A stretch of 63,468 nucleotides of DNA, the filler included, from Candidatus Delongbacteria bacterium (GTDB lineage Bacteria; UBA4055), in NCBI GenBank assembly GCA_016937995.1. It is 4 parts of 4 records of this genome, joined end to end, with 100 filler letters (N's around TTAATTAATTAA, not from the genome) between each part and the next. Parts side by side here need not be neighbours in the genome. Positions count along the whole stretch, not along the records: positions 60,879 to 63,468 come from JAFGVM010000019.1; 3 more parts are not named here. One strand, given 5' to 3'. The notes below the pieces were generated by a model. That model had not been told where the DNA came from. It was given only the letters and a program-made list of their open reading frames with translations, and did not search any database. How positions within the stretch are numbered: position 1 is the stretch's first letter; each line of letters starts with the position of its first letter. The position numbers were made by a program, and so were the translations under genes. Shown here one piece after another: positions 61,883 to 63,468 of this stretch.

Positions 61883-62467
61883 TTACTGATTTTTGTGAAA
61901 AAAGAGAAAATGACGATCCGAATCTATTTTTACTCCGTGTTTAAACCTCTCCTTCATAATTAATGAATCATTTTGAAATTGAAGTTCCCATCCATGTTTC
62001 TGATCGTCTTTGTATCCTGTAATGACTTCTTTTTCAGCAACAGGGTCAATAATATATGCTTTACCATCTTTAAATCCTTTCTTCCAATTCTCAATCTTTA
62101 CAAGATTTCCATCTAAATCCCATATCTTCCAAACCCCGTCTTTTACTCCATTTTTAAAAGTACCTTTCTCAATAAGAGATCCTCCAAATGTTGTTTTCTG
62201 ATAAATACTTTGGAGAAGTTGACCGGAATATCCCCCGGTATTTTGATGCACTTCTCCATTTGCAAACCAATAATAAGTTACATCATCTTCGACATTAACT
62301 TTTTTAATTGAGTAGGGAACATAAAAAAGGTGACAATAACCATCTGCTTTTATTGTAATATGACGTAACAGTTCATCTTGTGCATTCAAAAAGTTCGATT
62401 GAGAGCAAATGATACTGGTTAAAACAAGGTAAGAAAAGAGGAATTTGAGATTTATATTTTTATCCAT
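61883..62467 (-). CDS. MORN-variant/YwqK repeat protein
   Basis: KGTFKNGVKDGVW, ENWKKGFKDG, YKDDQKHG repeats. Confidence 0.8.
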   Translation of the reverse strand: MDKNINLKFLFSYLVLTSIICSQSNFLNAQDELLRHITIKADGYCHLFYVPYSIKKVNVEDDVTYYWFANGEVHQNTGGYSGQLLQSIYQKTTFGGSLIEKGTFKNGVKDGVWKIWDLDGNLVKIENWKKGFKDGKAYIIDPVAEKEVITGYKDDQKHGWELQFQNDSLIMKERFKHGVKIDSDRHFLFFHKNQ

Positions 62468-62925
62468 TCTTGTTTGTTTTTGAAATAAACTAATACTGAA
62501 TCCGGAAGAATCTTAAGAACCTTAACATCAGCGTATTCTTTGTTCTCTTCTGCAATAATTATTTCGCCATCAATATTAAGGTATGCTGAAACTGATTCTT
62601 CATTTTTTACATAGCCGCTGTAGATAATATTAGGAAGGATTAAAGTTTCTTCTAAAGTATTACCTGAACTCTCAGGTGAACTATTCTTTGTGACTTTTGG
62701 AGTTGAAGTTATCCCAAGAAAAGGATCATCGTAAGACAAATCAAGCTCGTAGGAATTTGTCACCAAGGTGTCTTTTAAATCATGTTGAAAGCTTGCTGGA
62801 AGTTGATTTGTATCGATTTCCCCTCCTCGATTTCCCAAAAAAACTTTAAAAAATATTACACCCCAGATTGCAAGAACAATTGGAAGCATTATGTACGTGT
62901 TTCTTTTATTATTCTTTTTTAGCAT
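62452..62925 (-). CDS. PilP/GspC-like membrane-anchored protein
   Basis: single N-terminal TM, YDDPFL, C-terminal beta domain. Confidence 0.55.
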   Translation of the reverse strand: MLKKNNKRNTYIMLPIVLAIWGVIFFKVFLGNRGGEIDTNQLPASFQHDLKDTLVTNSYELDLSYDDPFLGITSTPKVTKNSSPESSGNTLEETLILPNIIYSGYVKNEESVSAYLNIDGEIIIAEENKEYADVKVLKILPDSVLVYFKNKQEWIKI

Positions 62926-62927
62926 TG

Positions 62928-63467
62928 TTATTCAGAAGGATTGATAATTAGCGTATAAATGGAATAACCAGTCTGAGAAATAGAATTGAGTCCTTTAACG
63001 CGCCACTGATATGTGCCTGGAGGAATTGTTAGTTTGATTTGGTTATCTGTTAGTGTTGTATCCTCTATCAATGATTCTATACTTTCAAAAGAAGGAGTTA
63101 CTAGTTGAAAGTTATATTCTTCAGCACCCTCTAATTTTTCCCACCAGAAAGTATGAGAAGTTTCTACTGTAACAAGACTATCTTTAGGTGCAAGTAAAAC
63201 GATACTTCTGTCGCTAAGGTCAGTAACCTGAGCATTGTTAATCGTAAAATCCCACGATGCAGAATAATCACTTTGATTACCGGCTGGATCTTTAGTCCTT
63301 ACTCTCCACTGATATGTTCCTTCATCGTTAAGCGAATAGCCAAAGGCAGTAGTTGTTGTATTTTCGGAAGCAATTGGAGTTGCGCCGCTACCTGAAATTT
63401 TAAAAAGTTCCCATTCGTACGTATTATCATCTGATGAAGATGAGCCGTCATCCCATGAAAAAGTTAC
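62928..63467 (-). CDS. fibronectin type III-like repeat protein (5'-truncated, absent from the ORF track)
   Basis: open frame from the window end: VTFSWDD...GTYQWRVR...TFWWEK...GTYQWRVKG...NPSE*. Confidence 0.8.
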   Translation of the reverse strand, partial: VTFSWDDGSSSSDDNTYEWELFKISGSGATPIASENTTTTAFGYSLNDEGTYQWRVRTKDPAGNQSDYSASWDFTINNAQVTDLSDRSIVLLAPKDSLVTVETSHTFWWEKLEGAEEYNFQLVTPSFESIESLIEDTTLTDNQIKLTIPPGTYQWRVKGLNSISQTGYSIYTLIINPSE

Positions 63468-63468
63468 G

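Noticed and set aside
61635-61883. 82-aa ORF overlapping the PilX-like gene
   Set aside because: Alternative-frame shadow; the 61864 frame has the prepilin-like N-terminus.
1-63468. CRISPR array, tRNA or rRNA
   Set aside because: No regularly spaced repeats or cloverleaf/rRNA signatures were seen by eye; tRNA-Sec was not found in this window.

Overview
This is a low-GC bacterial draft or MAG sequence made of four contigs joined by 100-nt N/TTAATTAATTAA spacers (15498-15597, 29230-29329, 60779-60878), so gene order across the spacers carries no meaning. T9SS-type C-terminal tails, a TonB receptor and lipoproteins point to a diderm FCB-group organism (inference). Contig 1 holds rplM-rpsI, rpsB-tsf-pyrH, lepB, a CPA2-EIIA antiporter, a HEAT-repeat protein and a tyrosine recombinase. 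Contig 2 holds a T9SS-tailed cyclophilin, a START / PHP-GT4 / GH13 operon, and a PHP protein divergent from a TonB receptor; both the operon and the receptor have 11-bp-phased Pho-box-like repeats upstream. Contig 3 holds a frameshifted secreted protein, a surface-glycan/LPS cluster of about 17 kb, transporters, a degenerate glycerol kinase coupled to a hybrid kinase, a split BLUF + EAL pair and mpl. Contig 4 is a T2SS/type IV pilus-like fragment with different codon usage. The top finding: ORFs 10833-11495 and 9369-10769 share one frame interrupted only by two TGA codons (L-TGA-E-Y-G-TGA-A-P-P) followed by GC-rich hairpins. This is a candidate 708-aa secreted, T9SS-tailed beta-helix selenoprotein with a UxxxU motif.
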